A DNA stretch of 64,000 nucleotides from Candidatus Saccharimonadales bacterium (GTDB lineage: Bacteria > Patescibacteriota > Saccharimonadia > QS-5-54-17), in the NCBI GenBank assembly GCA_040903985.1, contig JBBDUI010000002.1:198038-262037 (forward strand), read 5' to 3'. A program made the position numbers and the translations under genes. This document shows positions 61,953-64,000 of the stretch, in pieces (position 1 is the stretch's first letter; each line of letters opens with the position of its first letter). A model generated the notes under the pieces. It was given only the letters and a program-made list of their open reading frames with translations, made no database searches and had not been told where the DNA came from.

Positions 61953-63125
61953 CTAAGCCGAGCGGAGACCGAGAGCTCGTTGTACTTGGCTCAGCTTCTC
62001 CTTAGCTACTCTATCCATAGCCACCTCACTCGCTTCAAGCTTGGCAATGAGGGCGGACTCATCGACAGCAGCTAACTTAGCCTGAAAGTCAGTGATAAAC
62101 TCAGCCGTCATCTCAGCTACCCGCGTCTTAAGTGGTCCGTACTGGGGCTGGCCGATAAACTCAGCTGGGTCTCCCCCCAGTAACTTTAGAATATCGAGCA
62201 GATTACTGATCCCGGGTTGAGTCGCATAATCGTAAGCTACTGCCCCAAGACTATCGGTAGTCGCACTCATAATCTTCTTCCGCACAGATTCTGGGGTGTC
62301 TTGAAGGAAAACGACCCCCTTACCGGTCGCATCGCTCTTGCTCATCTTCTTAGTCGGGTCCATCAAGTCACGAATCCGTAATCCTTGATCCTTACCGAAA
62401 AACTCATGCTGCTGCTGTACCGGTAGAGGCAGCTGGAATAGCTCGCCGAATTTATTATTCATCCGCTCTGCGATATCGCGCGTAAACTCAAGGTGCTGGG
62501 TTTGATCATCCCCGACTGGGACGTAGGTAGCTCCATAGAGTAGGATGTCGGCCGCCATTAAGACTGGGTAGTTGAATAAACCAGTAGTAATGTTGCGAAG
62601 CTTTCTATTGTTAAGATGGTGTCGACTGAGTAATCGTTTAAATGATTCTACATCGTGCTTATACTGCTCAAAAAGCTTGTGGATATCATCTGTATCCAGA
62701 ACGTATTTCCCTCCCCTTCTTTTTGCATATAGATAGATCTCTGCTCCAGAACTTCTCGTGAGACCAGCCTTTGACTCAAACTGCTCCATCCTACGCATCT
62801 CACCAAAGCCAGTAAAGCAATCAAGTATCCACGTCAGCTCAGAGTGGGCGGGAATGAAACTCTGGCGGTAGATGTATATATCGGGTTGATCGAGAGGCAG
62901 ACCGGCAGCCACATACATGCGCAGGTTGTTTATCGTCTGCGTATACAGTTGCGAGTGGTCGATCGGCGTAGTGAAGCTGTGCAGGTCAGGCACGAAGAAG
63001 TTAAGCTGGTATTCACCAGCATGGGTCTTCGCCATATCGACCATTGGCAGCATTGCCCCTAGGTAGTTACCGATATGGAGATCGTTGTTGGCTCTCAAGC
63101 CGGTTAGAATTACGGGTTTACTCAT
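61953..63125 (-). CDS. trpS: tryptophanyl-tRNA synthetase (long form with an internal low-GC insertion)
   Basis: HIGH-type LHIGNYLGA and KMSKS. The start was taken at MSKPVIL to limit overlap with rmuC. Confidence 0.85.
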   Translation of the reverse strand: MSKPVILTGLRANNDLHIGNYLGAMLPMVDMAKTHAGEYQLNFFVPDLHSFTTPIDHSQLYTQTINNLRMYVAAGLPLDQPDIYIYRQSFIPAHSELTWILDCFTGFGEMRRMEQFESKAGLTRSSGAEIYLYAKRRGGKYVLDTDDIHKLFEQYKHDVESFKRLLSRHHLNNRKLRNITTGLFNYPVLMAADILLYGATYVPVGDDQTQHLEFTRDIAERMNNKFGELFQLPLPVQQQHEFFGKDQGLRIRDLMDPTKKMSKSDATGKGVVFLQDTPESVRKKIMSATTDSLGAVAYDYATQPGISNLLDILKLLGGDPAEFIGQPQYGPLKTRVAEMTAEFITDFQAKLAAVDESALIAKLEASEVAMDRVAKEKLSQVQRALGLRSA

Positions 63126-63981
63126 CACTCCCTTTCTCTGGCAATAGTTTAGCATCCGAAGTCTGTTCTGTAATCTTATCTACCACCCGTGTCAGCTGAC
63201 GCTGGCGCAGACCCTCAGTATCGTGAAAGGCCTTCTGGGCTGTATCCAAGCTACGGCCTACCTTGCTCAGACTTTCACCAAACATCTCATACTGGCGCTG
63301 GAACTGCTCGATCAAACCGACGATCTCCTGCAACTCCTTCTCATAGTGGAAGTTCTTGTGTGCCTGCAGCACAAGCCGGAGCAAAGCCGTAAAGCCGAAA
63401 GGACCTGTCAGCATCACCTTGCGGTCGCTAGCGTAGCTGACGATGCCTGGCACCTTCTCATAGATAAAGCTGAAGATCATCTCGTTGGGAATAAACATCA
63501 CCACGAAATCAACCGTCTGGTTAGAGGGGTCGATGTAGTCCTTTGAGGTCACCTCTTTCACCTTGGTCTTTACCGAAGTCTCAAACGCCTTAAGCGCCTT
63601 AGCCCGCTGGCTATCATTCTCCGCCTCCTGATAGCGGACTAGGTCGTCGAAGGGGAACTTAGCATCGATATTAACCTTAAAGCCGTCCGGTAGCAGAACG
63701 GTAAAGTCGGGTCGACCCTCGGCAGTCGTCGACTGCTTCTGGTAGTTATGTCCCTCAACAAACCCGGCCGCCAGCAAGAGGTCCTCCGCCACCTGCTCGC
63801 CCCACTCCCCCCGCAGACGGTTGTTTGAGAGCAGACTCTGTAACCCTTCGGTCGAAACTCGCAGCTTCTCGGTCAGCTCGGTCGACTGCTGCAAGTGTTG
63901 TCGGATGCCGGCATTCTGCTCTTTGAGTGCCCGTACCTCGGTCTGGGAGGACTTCAGTTGTTCCTTAAGCTGGCCGATCAT
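63118..63981 (-). CDS. rmuC: DNA recombination protein RmuC (C-terminal part; the gene probably continues past the window end)
   Basis: RmuC-family motifs (...RPDFTVLLPDGFKVNIDAKFP...) after an N-terminal coiled coil. Confidence 0.7.
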   Translation of the reverse strand: MIGQLKEQLKSSQTEVRALKEQNAGIRQHLQQSTELTEKLRVSTEGLQSLLSNNRLRGEWGEQVAEDLLLAAGFVEGHNYQKQSTTAEGRPDFTVLLPDGFKVNIDAKFPFDDLVRYQEAENDSQRAKALKAFETSVKTKVKEVTSKDYIDPSNQTVDFVVMFIPNEMIFSFIYEKVPGIVSYASDRKVMLTGPFGFTALLRLVLQAHKNFHYEKELQEIVGLIEQFQRQYEMFGESLSKVGRSLDTAQKAFHDTEGLRQRQLTRVVDKITEQTSDAKLLPEKGSDE

Positions 63982-64000
63982 CAGATCGAGCTGTTTACGG

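Overview
This 64 kb window is a bacterial chromosomal segment with about 50% G+C. Nearly all genes are on the minus strand.

Core housekeeping genes include ftsW/rodA (partial), ileS, nrdJ-nrdR, ftsZ-ftsA, map, adk, ybeY, rpsU, a RelA-like RSH, recJ, secDF, priA, def-fmt, rbfA, infB, an S1 protein, gyrBA, pheST and trpS. The most unusual part is a split rRNA operon on the minus strand. Reading the minus strand in order it runs: 16S promoter (about 42705-42734), 16S rRNA (about 40960-42445), a stack of tRNA-Ile 5'-half remnants, tRNA-Ile(GAT), a degenerate tRNA 3'-half remnant, then a G+C-rich roughly 1.8 kb insert. That insert carries a phage tail-fibre-like gene and two small ORFs. After it come tRNA-Ala(TGC), a hairpin, three unrelated protein genes (DUF502, a Pro/Glu-repeat membrane protein, a NOX/ferric-reductase-like protein), a separate 23S promoter, 23S rRNA, 5S rRNA and a terminator.

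The 23S gene contains a roughly 775-nt group I intron encoding a single-motif LAGLIDADG homing endonuclease, inserted near E. coli position 1917. It also has two A+T-rich hairpin insertions that look like intervening sequences.

Other notable items:
- a PheT beta subunit with an NlpC/P60 papain-like domain inserted into its B5 domain;
- an orphan T4SS coupling-protein-like ATPase (1117 aa) with a roughly 350-aa disordered tail;
- a roughly 1600-aa surface protein (TM anchor, coiled coil, collagen Gly-X-Y stalk, LVIVD and SBBP beta-propellers, tail-fibre-like C-terminus) that is apparently split by a frameshift;
- a putative Ile-specific T-box leader upstream of ileS, apparently of the translational kind;
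- candidate NrdR boxes;
- two copies of a palindromic TTACGATCGTAA element;
- an unassigned structured RNA candidate followed by an intrinsic terminator near 61.3-61.7 kb.

Taken together (intron-bearing rRNA with a homing endonuclease, a short IF-2, LAXTG-type sorting signals, collagen-like surface proteins), the sequence is compatible with a reduced-genome lineage such as Patescibacteria/Saccharibacteria. This is inference only. No CRISPR array or transposase was seen.
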